Origin: Hyalangium minutum
GTDB taxonomy: Bacteria; Myxococcota; Myxococcia; Myxococcales; Myxococcaceae
Assembly (NCBI RefSeq): GCF_000737315.1
Contig: NZ_JMCB01000006.1
Coordinates: forward strand, 434,001-498,000
Length of the DNA stretch: 64,000 nt
Direction of reading: 5' to 3'
A model generated the notes under the pieces. That model was given only the letters and a program-made list of their open reading frames with translations, was not told the origin of the DNA and searched no databases. Positions 45,682 through 54,965 of the stretch are shown piece by piece (position 1 is the stretch's first letter; each line of letters begins with the position of its first letter). The translations under genes were made by a program, and so were the position numbers.

Positions 45682-46839
45682 TCAGCCCTTGAGGACCGCG
45701 ATGGGGGTGAGCCGCCGCACCGGCGTCACGAGTTCCTCCTCGTCCTCGAGGACTTCGGTGATGTCGCGGTAGGCGGCGGGGGCCTCCTCGACCAGGGTGG
45801 CCACGCGGCCCGTGTCGAACACCACCCGGCGGAGGGCGTGCTCCAGCGCCGCCGGACGGATGGACGCCCGAGCCTCCTTGCGCGTCATCACCCGGCCCGC
45901 CCCATGTGAGCACGAGCAGAAGGCCCGGAGCTCTCCCCTCCCGGCGACGAGGTACGAGGCCGTCCCCATGCTGCCGGGGATGAGGCCTCGCTGTCCGGGG
46001 GCCAGTCCGATGGCTCCCTTGCGGTGGACCAGCAACGTGCGGCCGAAGTGGTGCTCGGCGGCGACGTGGTTGTGTTGCACGTCCACGCGGGAGTCCGGCT
46101 CGGGTTCTCGTCCGAGCGCCTCGGCGAGCACCGCTGCCGCGCGTGACAGGAGCGCGTCGCGGTTGGCACGGGCGAAGCGGCACGCCAGCTCGGTGTCGGC
46201 GAGGCAGGCGGCGCCCTCGGGTGTATCCGTGCTCAGGCCGGGCAGCGAGCCCTGTCCTTGGACCTGGGCCCCCCGCACGTGGTGAGCCGCAATGGCAGCG
46301 CCCACCCCGCGCGAGCCCGTGTGCAGGAGCAGCCAGAGGTCTCCTCCCGCGTCACGGTCCAGCTCCAGGAAGTGGTTGCCTCCGCCCAGCGTCCCCAGGT
46401 GCCGGGGCGCCAGCCGCTCCCACTCGCGCTGGAGGCGGTGGGTGGAGAGCTGTGCGGCTTCGAGCTCGGGCGGCAGCGGCAACCCTCGGCCTCGGTGCAC
46501 CGCGTCTCCCACAGGCACGGCCCGGGAGAACGCGGTGAGGAGGCGCGTGAGCTCCGCTCGATCGAGCGCGGAGGCGGGGTAGTCGAAGCGCACGGCGCTC
46601 ACCCCACAGCCGAGATCTCCCCCGAGCGCTCCAGGGACGATGTGACGCTCGGTGGCGAAGACGGTGCCCACGGCGACGCCCTCGGCCACGTGAACGTCCG
46701 GCATGGCGGCCACGTGCTCGACGACATAGGGCTGGCTGGCGATGTGCTGCAGCTGTTTCACCGCGCCCGCCGGCACTGCGCGGGCCCAGGCGAGGATGGG
46801 GACGGCGCCCGGTGGGCTCTCGAGGAGGCGCGGCATCAT
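45682..46839 (-). CDS. rtcB: RtcB-family RNA 2',3'-cyclic phosphate/5'-OH ligase
   Basis: MPDVH, DLGCG, GTLGGGNHFLE, HTGSRG, HNH, HRKGA, PGSMG, SCSHGAGR; all metal and guanylylation residues present. Confidence 0.93.
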   Translation of the reverse strand: MMPRLLESPPGAVPILAWARAVPAGAVKQLQHIASQPYVVEHVAAMPDVHVAEGVAVGTVFATERHIVPGALGGDLGCGVSAVRFDYPASALDRAELTRLLTAFSRAVPVGDAVHRGRGLPLPPELEAAQLSTHRLQREWERLAPRHLGTLGGGNHFLELDRDAGGDLWLLLHTGSRGVGAAIAAHHVRGAQVQGQGSLPGLSTDTPEGAACLADTELACRFARANRDALLSRAAAVLAEALGREPEPDSRVDVQHNHVAAEHHFGRTLLVHRKGAIGLAPGQRGLIPGSMGTASYLVAGRGELRAFCSCSHGAGRVMTRKEARASIRPAALEHALRRVVFDTGRVATLVEEAPAAYRDITEVLEDEEELVTPVRRLTPIAVLKG

Positions 46840-47225
46840 GCCTCACCCCCTTCCTCGGACTCTTCGTCCCAGGCGGACTCCTGGGACACTCCCACGTAGA
46901 CGAAGCGCAGGTGCGGCACGCGCTTCAGGTCCAGCCCCATCGCGAGCTGGGAGCGGATGAATCCACTCGCGCGCTTGAGGGCCTCCTCGACCGGAGCAGG
47001 CCCGAGGTGCGCGAGCTCGGGAGGGAGGGTGAAGCCGAGACGGGCGTTGCGCCCATCCGGCGTGAGCTCGATCGACGTCACGGAGACGCCTTCGAGCAAC
47101 GGATCCGTCAGCTCTCCACGGAAGAGGCGGGACACCTCCTGGAACAAGAGGGATTGAACGCGCAGGTGACGCGCGGGAATGGACTCGATTTCTGCGTGGC
47201 TACGGCTATGCTTGGAAGAAGTCAT
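46836..47225 (-). CDS. rbfA: Ribosome-binding factor A (RbfA) family paralogue
   Basis: RVQSLLFQEVSRLFRGELTDPLL.GVSVTSIELTPDGRNAR...ALKRASGFIRSQLA..L.LKRVPHLRFVY matches the RbfA KH fold; not in an infB/truB context; ATGA overlap with rtcB. Confidence 0.8.
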   Translation of the reverse strand: MTSSKHSRSHAEIESIPARHLRVQSLLFQEVSRLFRGELTDPLLEGVSVTSIELTPDGRNARLGFTLPPELAHLGPAPVEEALKRASGFIRSQLAMGLDLKRVPHLRFVYVGVSQESAWDEESEEGGEA

Positions 47226-47397
47226 TTGGACGAACGGTTCCCGTCAGGCCGCACGCGTCCCCGGCGGCTCCGGACACGGAGCACGCGAGAGACACGTCGG
47301 CCAAAGTCAGCTCGACAGAGCCCCGTGCAGACGCCCGCGCGCCGGAGGCGGCAGGCCCGTTCGTCTCGACTTCAGCGAGGGAGCGGAGCGCGCCCGG

Positions 47398-47451
47398 TCA
47401 GGCGAACGTCAGCGTGGAGCGACCCGAGACACCGTTTTGCACAGTCCCCAT
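47398..47451 (-). CDS. Putative 17-aa leader peptide MGTVQNGVSGRSTLTFA
   Basis: GGGAGGT five nt upstream of the ATG; lies between the sigma54-like promoter and rbfA. Confidence 0.35.
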   Translation of the reverse strand: MGTVQNGVSGRSTLTFA

Positions 47452-47489
47452 GGCACACCTCCCGCCGCGCAGGTTGAAGCGCGATCCAG

Positions 47490-47505
47490 TGCGGACACGG
47501 TGCCA
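47490..47505 (-). promoter_or_regulatory. Sigma54 (-24/-12)-like promoter
   Basis: TGGCACCGTGTCCGCA: GG and GC at exact consensus spacing; TT before GC replaced by CC. Confidence 0.55.
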
Positions 47506-47697
47506 CCGCACCCTGTCCGAGTCAACGGCCCGGACGCGCCTCACGTCAGAGGCTGACGGAGACGGCGGCAGGCGCTCCGGGTGACGGAACTGCCCGAAGG
47601 ATGAGGCGTCTGTCGACCGCTGCGCAGAGGCACCCTCGTGCCTTGGCGAGGCCCCACGGTCAGCGTACTCAGGGGGAAGACACGGGAGGGACAGCAC

Positions 47698-49095
47698 ATG
47701 GCGGATGCGTTCGATGTGGTGGTCATCGGCGGAGGCCCCGCGGGCGAGAACGCGGCCGCACGCGCGGCGGCGGGCCAGAACCCGCCTCTCTCGGTGGCGC
47801 TCGTGGAGCGGGAGCTGCTCGGGGGCGAGTGCTCCTACTGGGCGTGCATCCCCAGCAAGGCGCTGCTTCGGCCCGCCGAGGCCCAGTGGCTCGCGCGCCA
47901 CGCACCCGGCCTGAGCGCGTCCGTGCAGGGAGCACTGAACCCGCGCGAGGTGCTCCGCCGCCGCGACGCCATGGTCAGTGGTTATAAGGACGACTCGCAG
48001 CTGAAGTGGGCCGAGGGCGCCCACCTCCACGTGGTACGCGGCCACGCGCGGCTGAGCGGGCCGCGCACCGTGCGCGTCGAGGGACAGGGAGGCACACGCG
48101 AGCTGACGGCACGTAAGGCCGTGGTCCTCGCCACGGGGAGCCGCCCGCGCCTGCCGGAGCTTCCCGGCTTGAAGGAAGCACGGCCCTGGGACAACCGGGG
48201 CGGGACGGCCGCGAAGGAGGTGCCACGGCGCCTGGTGGTGCTCGGCGGAGGGGTGGTGGCCGTGGAGCTGTCGCAGGCGTGGCGCTCCTTGGGCTCGGAG
48301 GTGACGCTGGTGCAGCGAGGCCCACGGCTGCTCTCCCGCTACGAGCCGTTCGTGGGCGAGGAGGTGGAGAAGGCGCTGCGCGAGAGCGGCATCACGGTGC
48401 TCCTGGGCACGGAGGCCTCGCGCGTTCACAGGCCCGGAGGGCGGGGGGAGGTGACGGTGACGCTCTCCTCGGGTGGCACGCTCCAGGCGGACGAGCTGCT
48501 GGTGGCGATGGGCCGCGTGGCGAACACCGCGGAGGTGGGGTTGGAGACCGTGGGCCTCACACCGGGCAAGCCCGTGGAGGTGGACGACCAGCTGCGCGCC
48601 AAGGGCGTGGAGGGCGGGTGGCTCTACGCGTGCGGGGACGTCAATGGACGCAACCTCCTCACGCACATGGGCAAGTACCAGGCGAGGCTCGCGGGGGACC
48701 ACATCGCGGGCCGGGAGGTCCGGGCCTGGGCGGATGCCAAGGCGACACCCCAGGTCATCTTCACGCACCCCCAGGTGGCTTCCGTGGGGCTCACCGAAGC
48801 GCAGGCCCTCAAGCAGGGGCTGCGCGTCCGCGCGGTGCAGTACGCGGTAGGCGATGTGGCGGGCACGGCGCTGCTGGGCAAGGGGCTCGGCGGCACGGCG
48901 AAGCTGGTGGTGGATGAGTCCCGGCGCGTCATCGTGGGCGCGACCTTCACGGGTCCCGGCGTGGGCGAGTTGCTGCACGCGGCCACCGTCGCCGTGGCGG
49001 GCGAAGTGCCCCTGGACACTCTCTGGCACGCAGTGCCGTCCTTCCCAACGGTGAGCGAGGTGTGGCTGCGGCTCCTGGAGGCCTACGGTCTCTGA
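47698..49095 (+). CDS. Pyridine nucleotide-disulfide oxidoreductase (dihydrolipoamide dehydrogenase family)
   Basis: VIGGGPAG, GGECSYWACIPSK redox-active CxxxxC, ATGSRP, ACGD, IFTHPQ, FPTVSE. Confidence 0.9.
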   Translation: MADAFDVVVIGGGPAGENAAARAAAGQNPPLSVALVERELLGGECSYWACIPSKALLRPAEAQWLARHAPGLSASVQGALNPREVLRRRDAMVSGYKDDSQLKWAEGAHLHVVRGHARLSGPRTVRVEGQGGTRELTARKAVVLATGSRPRLPELPGLKEARPWDNRGGTAAKEVPRRLVVLGGGVVAVELSQAWRSLGSEVTLVQRGPRLLSRYEPFVGEEVEKALRESGITVLLGTEASRVHRPGGRGEVTVTLSSGGTLQADELLVAMGRVANTAEVGLETVGLTPGKPVEVDDQLRAKGVEGGWLYACGDVNGRNLLTHMGKYQARLAGDHIAGREVRAWADAKATPQVIFTHPQVASVGLTEAQALKQGLRVRAVQYAVGDVAGTALLGKGLGGTAKLVVDESRRVIVGATFTGPGVGELLHAATVAVAGEVPLDTLWHAVPSFPTVSEVWLRLLEAYGL

Positions 49096-49153
49096 GCGCT
49101 CCCGGCCCTCTCCCGAGCCGGGGTGGGCTTACCTCTCCCGGGCCTCCTGAAGC

Positions 49154-50014
49154 ATGCTGTGCTCCATGGCCGCGACGACGAACGCTGAAGCTGTCCCCGC
49201 AGAGGCTCGGGAGGGCTCACCACCCTCCGCTGATGCCGCACCCCGCGTGGTCCCCGTCCCGGCCGCCGCCGAGCCTCGCGCCGTCACGGCCGATGGCACT
49301 CCCGATTGGGTCGGGGAGAGCTGGCACAAGTACAAAACCCGTGGACTGGACTACTTCCGCCATGCCTTCACGCTGCTCGTCCGGCCCGGGCGCGCCATGG
49401 AGGAGTGGGCCACGGGCCAGCGTGAGGTGCTCAACCCGCTGCATTTCCTGGGCCTGGGCTTCCTGCTGATCATCACCGCGCGCCACCTCGGCGAGCAGTA
49501 CCTGCTCGGGCCGGCGCTGGAGGCCCAGAACCTCACGTCCGTGCTGAAGACACCGCTGGGCGTGGAGCTCGTCTTCCTGACGCTGTCCCTGCCCACCCAC
49601 GCCGTCATGCGGCTGAGCGGCAGCCGCGCCCCCCTCAGTGCCACCCTCGCCGCGTTCATCTACACCTTCATGGGGCCCGTGGTCCTGCTGCAGGCGGGCG
49701 CGTGGCTGATCAGTGGGCTCCTCGTGCTGATCACCGGCTCCCTGCCGCTCTACGAGCTCAAGGTGGGATTCATCACGCGCCTGTACCAGCACAACGCGTA
49801 CCCCTGGCCGCTCATGGTGGCCAACTGGGTGGCGCTCATCTACTGCGTCCGCGCCATCGCCGGAGTCCACCGCAAGCGCTGGGGCTGGGCCTTCCTGGCC
49901 CTCTTCGCCGCCCACCTCGTCTTCGTTCCCCTCATCTCCCAGCTCACGAAGGTCGAGCTCGAGGACATCTCCCGGCTCATCGATAGCGCAAGCCAGTGGC
50001 TGGGGCCGGGATGA
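49154..50014 (+). CDS. Membrane protein, DUF3667-like
   Basis: TLLVRPG...GQREVLNPLHFL followed by about five TM segments. Confidence 0.6.
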   Translation: MLCSMAATTNAEAVPAEAREGSPPSADAAPRVVPVPAAAEPRAVTADGTPDWVGESWHKYKTRGLDYFRHAFTLLVRPGRAMEEWATGQREVLNPLHFLGLGFLLIITARHLGEQYLLGPALEAQNLTSVLKTPLGVELVFLTLSLPTHAVMRLSGSRAPLSATLAAFIYTFMGPVVLLQAGAWLISGLLVLITGSLPLYELKVGFITRLYQHNAYPWPLMVANWVALIYCVRAIAGVHRKRWGWAFLALFAAHLVFVPLISQLTKVELEDISRLIDSASQWLGPG

Positions 50015-51264
50015 GCCCTCACGGTGGCATGGCCACCTCCAACGCCCCAGCCTCCGAGGTCCGCTCCACCTCCACTGTTCCCGAGTGGGCATTCCTCGCG
50101 CTGCTGCTGGGGCTCGCCGTGCTGGCGGTGGCGCTGGGGCAGCATCCCCGGCGCGGCTTGGACTTCCGGGTGTACCTGCTCGCCGCCGAGCGCTTCCTCG
50201 CAGGCGCCGACCTCTACCCCGTCAGCGATGGCCCGATGCCGTTCAAATATGCGCCGTTGACGGCGCCCCTGTTCCTCCCCTTCACGCTCCTGCCCGCACG
50301 GGCCGCGGCGGCGCTCTGGAACCTGGGCGCGGTGGTGGCACTCGGAGCCCTGGCCCGGCTCGCCTCGCGCGCGGAGCCTGCTCCCCGAGAGCGCGCTCCC
50401 TGGCCGTGGGCCCCCGCGCTTGCCACGCTGGCGCTGCTGCCCGCCTTCCACCTCGAGCTCTTCTATGCACAGGTGGATGGGGTGATGCTGCTCCTGCTCG
50501 CCCTGGCCGCCGTGGGCGCCGAGCGGGGCCACACCTGGGGTCCTGCCGCCGCCTGGGCCCTGGCCGTCCTCCTCAAGCCTCCCGCAGTGCTCCTGGCCCT
50601 CTTCCTGCTCGCCCGGCGGCACTGGCGCGTGCTCCCGGCGAGCATCGGCGTCGGGCTCCTGCTCGCGGTGCCCTCCGTCGCCCGGTATGGGTTTGAAGGG
50701 CTGTGGGTGCAGACCCAGTCCTGGATGGAGACGCTCGCTCGCACCACGCCGCCCTGGGCGCTCGGGCACAACCCGCAAGGGCTTCCCACGCTGCTCCTCT
50801 CGCTCGTCTGGCCTGCGGACACCGAGCCCACCGGCTCGGCCCTCACCCTGGCGCAAGGGATCGCGCTCGCGATCTTCGCCGCCGTGGTGCTCTGGAGCCG
50901 CGCGGGAGCGGTGGAGCTGCTTGCCCTGTGCTGCCTCGGTGTGACGCTGCTCTCCCCGCTCGCCTGGCGAGCCAACTTCGTCATGGCGTGGCCCTTGCTT
51001 CGCACCACCGCGGAGGCCCGGACACGCGGAGGCCTCGCGCTCCTCGCGCTCGCGGGCCTCACGGGTGTCCTCACCTCGGACACCGTCCTCGGCGCGGAGA
51101 CCGCGCGCCAGGTGCTGCTCTGGCGGCCCTACGCGCTCGTCTTTACCTCCCTGATGCTGTGGACAACGTGGCAGTCGCGCCGGGCCGCGAATCCGAACGT
51201 CTCCGCCGTTTCCCCCCGGCTGCCCCAGGACTTCAGTAGGCGGCCTCCTGCGACTGGGCACTGA
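50011..51264 (+). CDS. GT87/DUF2029 GT-C-fold membrane glycosyltransferase
   Basis: LDFRVY, FKYAPL, AQVD, LKP; about 10 TM segments; ATGA overlap with the upstream gene. Confidence 0.82.
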   Translation: MSPHGGMATSNAPASEVRSTSTVPEWAFLALLLGLAVLAVALGQHPRRGLDFRVYLLAAERFLAGADLYPVSDGPMPFKYAPLTAPLFLPFTLLPARAAAALWNLGAVVALGALARLASRAEPAPRERAPWPWAPALATLALLPAFHLELFYAQVDGVMLLLLALAAVGAERGHTWGPAAAWALAVLLKPPAVLLALFLLARRHWRVLPASIGVGLLLAVPSVARYGFEGLWVQTQSWMETLARTTPPWALGHNPQGLPTLLLSLVWPADTEPTGSALTLAQGIALAIFAAVVLWSRAGAVELLALCCLGVTLLSPLAWRANFVMAWPLLRTTAEARTRGGLALLALAGLTGVLTSDTVLGAETARQVLLWRPYALVFTSLMLWTTWQSRRAANPNVSAVSPRLPQDFSRRPPATGH

Positions 51265-52330
51265 CGCCCGCCACGTAGGCATCCCTCGCCTCGCGCAGCC
51301 GCTCCATCTCCAGCGCCACGTCCTCGTCCGCCTGGCCCTGCTCCCGGGTGTCCAGCTCGCCGAACTCCAGCACCCCCATGTCCGCGAAGGCACTCCGCAG
51401 GCGCGGACCCCACAGCCCGATGTCCTTCAGCGTGGGCACGATGCGCGTGAACAGCATCCGCTGGTACTGCTGCATGATCTCGGAGGTCCGCATGTGCTCC
51501 GCGCAGGCCGGCACATCCAGCCCCAGCTTCTCGAAGACCTCCTGCCCCAGGAAGCGGTCCCGCATCAGGTAGCAGGCCTCCACGGCGAACTCCTCCCGCT
51601 CGTCCCGCTCCTTCTCCGTCAGCCGTGGATACAGGTCCTTGAGCGCCAGCCGCCCGAAGGCCACATGCCGCGCCTCGTCTTGCATCACGTATGCCGTCAA
51701 CGAGCGCCCCAGCGGCTCGGTGGCCAGGTCCCGGATCAGCCCGAAGGCCGCCAACGCCAGCCCCTCGATGAGCACCTGCATGGCCAGGTACGTCATGTCC
51801 CAGCGCGCGTCCCCGAGCGCCTGCCCCAGCAGCGTCTGCAGGTTCGGGTTGATGGGGTAGATGATGTGCAGCTTCTCTCGGAGGTAGCGCGAGAACACCT
51901 CCACGTGACGCGCCTCGTCGAACACCTGCGTGGCGGCGTAGAACTTGGCGTCCAGGTCCGGCACCACCTGGACGATGCGTGAAGCGCACACCAGCGCGCC
52001 CTGCTCGCCATGCAGGAACTGGGAGAAGCGCCAGCAGTCCAGGTGGCGGCGCACCAGGCCCCGCTCCTTCGCGTCCATGCGCTCCCAGATGGCCGAGCCG
52101 TAGAGCACCACGTACTCATCCGGGAAGCCGAGCGGGTTCTCTGGATCCACATCCTGCGACCAGTCCAGCCGCGTGTTGGCGTCCCACTGCTTCGTCTTGC
52201 CCTTCTCGTAGAGGGCGAGCAGCCGGTTGCGACCCCCGTCATAGTCCCAGTGAAAGACAGCATCCGTGCCCGGCGAGGCAATGGACCACCGGGCAGCCTT
52301 CTGTGGCTCCGTGGACGAGTGCGTCTTCAT
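51233..52330 (-). CDS. Ferritin-like diiron protein (AurF-like)
   Basis: SQFLHGEQGAL, DEARHVEVF, IEGLA, QDEARHVAFG (two ExxH motifs); start at ATG 52330. Confidence 0.85.
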   Translation of the reverse strand: MKTHSSTEPQKAARWSIASPGTDAVFHWDYDGGRNRLLALYEKGKTKQWDANTRLDWSQDVDPENPLGFPDEYVVLYGSAIWERMDAKERGLVRRHLDCWRFSQFLHGEQGALVCASRIVQVVPDLDAKFYAATQVFDEARHVEVFSRYLREKLHIIYPINPNLQTLLGQALGDARWDMTYLAMQVLIEGLALAAFGLIRDLATEPLGRSLTAYVMQDEARHVAFGRLALKDLYPRLTEKERDEREEFAVEACYLMRDRFLGQEVFEKLGLDVPACAEHMRTSEIMQQYQRMLFTRIVPTLKDIGLWGPRLRSAFADMGVLEFGELDTREQGQADEDVALEMERLREARDAYVAGVSAQSQEAAY

Positions 52331-52558
52331 GGTCTGGCTCCTGTGTGCCCAGATTGGCGCGGTGGGCGCCGTGACGGTGTGTATGCACCTTTGCGATGGC
52401 AACGTGTCGGCGGCAGCGAACTGTCCAGGATTCAATGCCGGGTCACGGCTCACCGCTTCACGGAGGCCCACCTTGGGGGCTGAGCGCCCGTCTCCCCCCT
52501 GACTGGACGTGCCCCCAAAAGCCATGCCAAATGGACGCGCTTCAAGCCCCAGGGGACC

Positions 52559-53674
52559 ATGGCGGAGGAAGAGAAGAAACAGCGCGGACTGGGGGCGGCG
52601 GCGGCGATGGTGGCCGTGGTGGCCGTGCTCGGGGCCTTGATGTGGCCTCGCAGCCCGAAGCCGGTCTCCCCTCCGGGTGACGCAGCCGGGGCTCCGGTAC
52701 CCGAGGTGGCCCAAGCGCCGAGACCGCCCCCACCTCCCGTCAGCCAGCCAGCGGCTTCGTTGGATCCACTGCCTCCGGGAACAACGCTGGCCACACCTCC
52801 AGAGGCGCCTCCGCTCGAGCTGCCCCCGACGACGCAGGTTCTCACGGAGGAGCTCTTCCCCGGCACGACGGACTGGGAGTCCATCCCCGTGGATGACGCC
52901 CACCAGCTGCGCATCCAGCCGCTGCGCTACAACGTGGTGACGCCCATGCCGATCGCCGTCCTGCTGGAGATGATCGACGCGCAGGGCCAACGCCAGCCGC
53001 TGCCCTCTCCCCGAGTGCGCGTGCGTTCCCAGGCCAACGCCGCGCAGCCGTGGATCCAGGTGCCAGTGAAGGATGACGGCACGGGCTCGGACGCCAAGGC
53101 GGGGGACTTGCAATACACGGCCACGCTCCAGCCCACCGCCGAGCAACAGAAGCTGCTGCTCGGACAGGTTCTCATCGAGGGCAGCGTGGAGGGGCCCGGC
53201 AAGGGGACGCAGGTCATTCCCTCGATGCTCGTCTACTCGCGAGGGCCTCGCGCGAAGCTGACGGACCAGTGGCGGGACTTCATCCGCCAGGGCCATCTCG
53301 ACCTGGAGGCGGAGGTGGAGGTGGAGGAGGCCGGGAAGTTCACGCTGATGGCGCAGATCTTCGGCCCGAACCAGCAACCCATCGCCTGGGTGCGGCAGAC
53401 GGACGAGCTGCTCGCCGGACGCGGCCACATCACCTTGGAGGTGTTCGGCAAGGTGCTGCACGACGCGGGCATTGATGGCCCGTACCGCGTGCGACAGGTG
53501 CTGCTCACGCGCAACGACGAGAACTCGAGCCAGTACGACCCGGGTGTCCCGATAGAGGAGGCGCACCAGACGAAGGCCTACCGCGCCAGCGAGTTCTCCG
53601 CCGAGCCGTACCAGCCCGCCCTTCCTCCGGCGGGCACTCCCCCCTCCCCAGGTCCCCAGGACTTGGAGCACTGA
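52559..53674 (+). CDS. Membrane-anchored hypothetical protein with choice-of-anchor X-like motif
   Basis: N-terminal TM, Pro-rich linker, DDGTGSDAKAGDLQYTA, beta-rich C-terminus. Confidence 0.6.
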   Translation: MAEEEKKQRGLGAAAAMVAVVAVLGALMWPRSPKPVSPPGDAAGAPVPEVAQAPRPPPPPVSQPAASLDPLPPGTTLATPPEAPPLELPPTTQVLTEELFPGTTDWESIPVDDAHQLRIQPLRYNVVTPMPIAVLLEMIDAQGQRQPLPSPRVRVRSQANAAQPWIQVPVKDDGTGSDAKAGDLQYTATLQPTAEQQKLLLGQVLIEGSVEGPGKGTQVIPSMLVYSRGPRAKLTDQWRDFIRQGHLDLEAEVEVEEAGKFTLMAQIFGPNQQPIAWVRQTDELLAGRGHITLEVFGKVLHDAGIDGPYRVRQVLLTRNDENSSQYDPGVPIEEAHQTKAYRASEFSAEPYQPALPPAGTPPSPGPQDLEH

Positions 53675-53722
53675 GCCTCAGCACTCCGGGCCCGAGGCCC
53701 TGCTTCCCAGTGGCTCCGGCGA

Positions 53723-54238
53723 TCAGGCCGTGTGCAGCGTGCCGTTGGCGGACTCGGCCTCGACGGCGGCGATGAGCTCGGGCGAGGCACCTTCCGCGAA
53801 CAGCGGCGCGCTGGTGCGAGCCTTCGGCGGACGGCCCCGGCGGCGCGGCGCGTTCTCCTCGCCCTGAGCCGAGGGAGCCTCCAGCACCGGTGCCCCCTCC
53901 GCCCGCAGCGCCTTGCGCACCGGCCGCGGCAGGCTGATGCTGTCCAGCTTCGCGCTCAGCTCCGCGTCCTCCTCGGCGAAGATGCGCGCGTAGGCCAGGG
54001 CCCGCTGGCCCTTCTGCAACAGTGCCTCCTGGCTCTCGTAGAGCGCCTGGCGCGCCGCCTCCAGTGCCGCCTGCGCCTGCGCCAGCTCCGCCGCCTTGTC
54101 CTTCACCCGCTCCGCCGCCTCCTCCAGCACCGCACGGTCGAGCTCTGGGAACTTCACCGTGGCCAGCTCCTGGCCAAACAGCTTCAGCAGGTCCTGCAGC
54201 GCAGGGGAGATGGGGTCATTGCCAGATGGATCGAACAT
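53723..54238 (-). CDS. Hypothetical coiled-coil protein with AT-hook-like RRRGRPPK
   Basis: GGAGG RBS; helical heptads; GRP motif near the C-terminus. Confidence 0.65.
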   Translation of the reverse strand: MFDPSGNDPISPALQDLLKLFGQELATVKFPELDRAVLEEAAERVKDKAAELAQAQAALEAARQALYESQEALLQKGQRALAYARIFAEEDAELSAKLDSISLPRPVRKALRAEGAPVLEAPSAQGEENAPRRRGRPPKARTSAPLFAEGASPELIAAVEAESANGTLHTA

Positions 54239-54367
54239 GGGTTACCTCCGAGGTAGGGCCCTCCATCTGCACAGATGTTCAGTCCCATTTCAAGAGGCTC
54301 TTTCCCGAGGCCTACAAATCGGCCCGGGCGCGTTTCCACTCGCTGACCGCCAGCGGCGTCCCCGCGC

Positions 54368-54961
54368 TCACCAGCGCACGTCCACCGTGAAATCCAGGTA
54401 AGGCACGAAGGTGCTCGGATCCACCTCGAGCGTGGCCTGGCACCCTTTGATTCGCTCGATGCCCGCCCGGAACATACCGAGCATCCAAGCAGGCCCCGGC
54501 AGCTCCCCCCGGAAGATGAACCGCCCATGGTTGTCGGCCACGCGCTGGTACTCGCGCTCGCCGAACGAGGTGATCATCCGAGACACGCCCGGCACCTCGG
54601 CGAGCCCCGCGTGCGGATCCTTCTCGGCGGCGGCGAGCACCATCTGCCCGGTGGACCAGGCGAACAGGCCATCCGCCGCGCCGTACCCCAGCGCCTCCAT
54701 GGCCGCCTCGAAGCTGCGCCCTCGCGCCATCAGGGCCTGGCTGGCCAGCTGCAGCAGACGCAAGTAGTCGGAGGCCGGGTATGACAGCACCGGCAGGAGC
54801 GCCTCCTGGGTGCACGGCACCTGCGAGCGAATCTCCGCGACCACCTCGCCACCAATGAGCCGCTCCACGTGCTCCAGGGCTCCTTGGAAGAAGAACCCCG
54901 TCAACGTGTGCTCCGGGCGGCAGCGCTTCATCCGGGCCTGGAGGGTCAGCGCCGATTCCAT
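54368..54961 (-). CDS. DUF2378 / TIGR02265 family protein
   Basis: HTLTGFFFQG, SYPASDYLRL, ITSFGEREY. Confidence 0.85.
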   Translation of the reverse strand: MESALTLQARMKRCRPEHTLTGFFFQGALEHVERLIGGEVVAEIRSQVPCTQEALLPVLSYPASDYLRLLQLASQALMARGRSFEAAMEALGYGAADGLFAWSTGQMVLAAAEKDPHAGLAEVPGVSRMITSFGEREYQRVADNHGRFIFRGELPGPAWMLGMFRAGIERIKGCQATLEVDPSTFVPYLDFTVDVRW

Positions 54962-54965
54962 GGCC

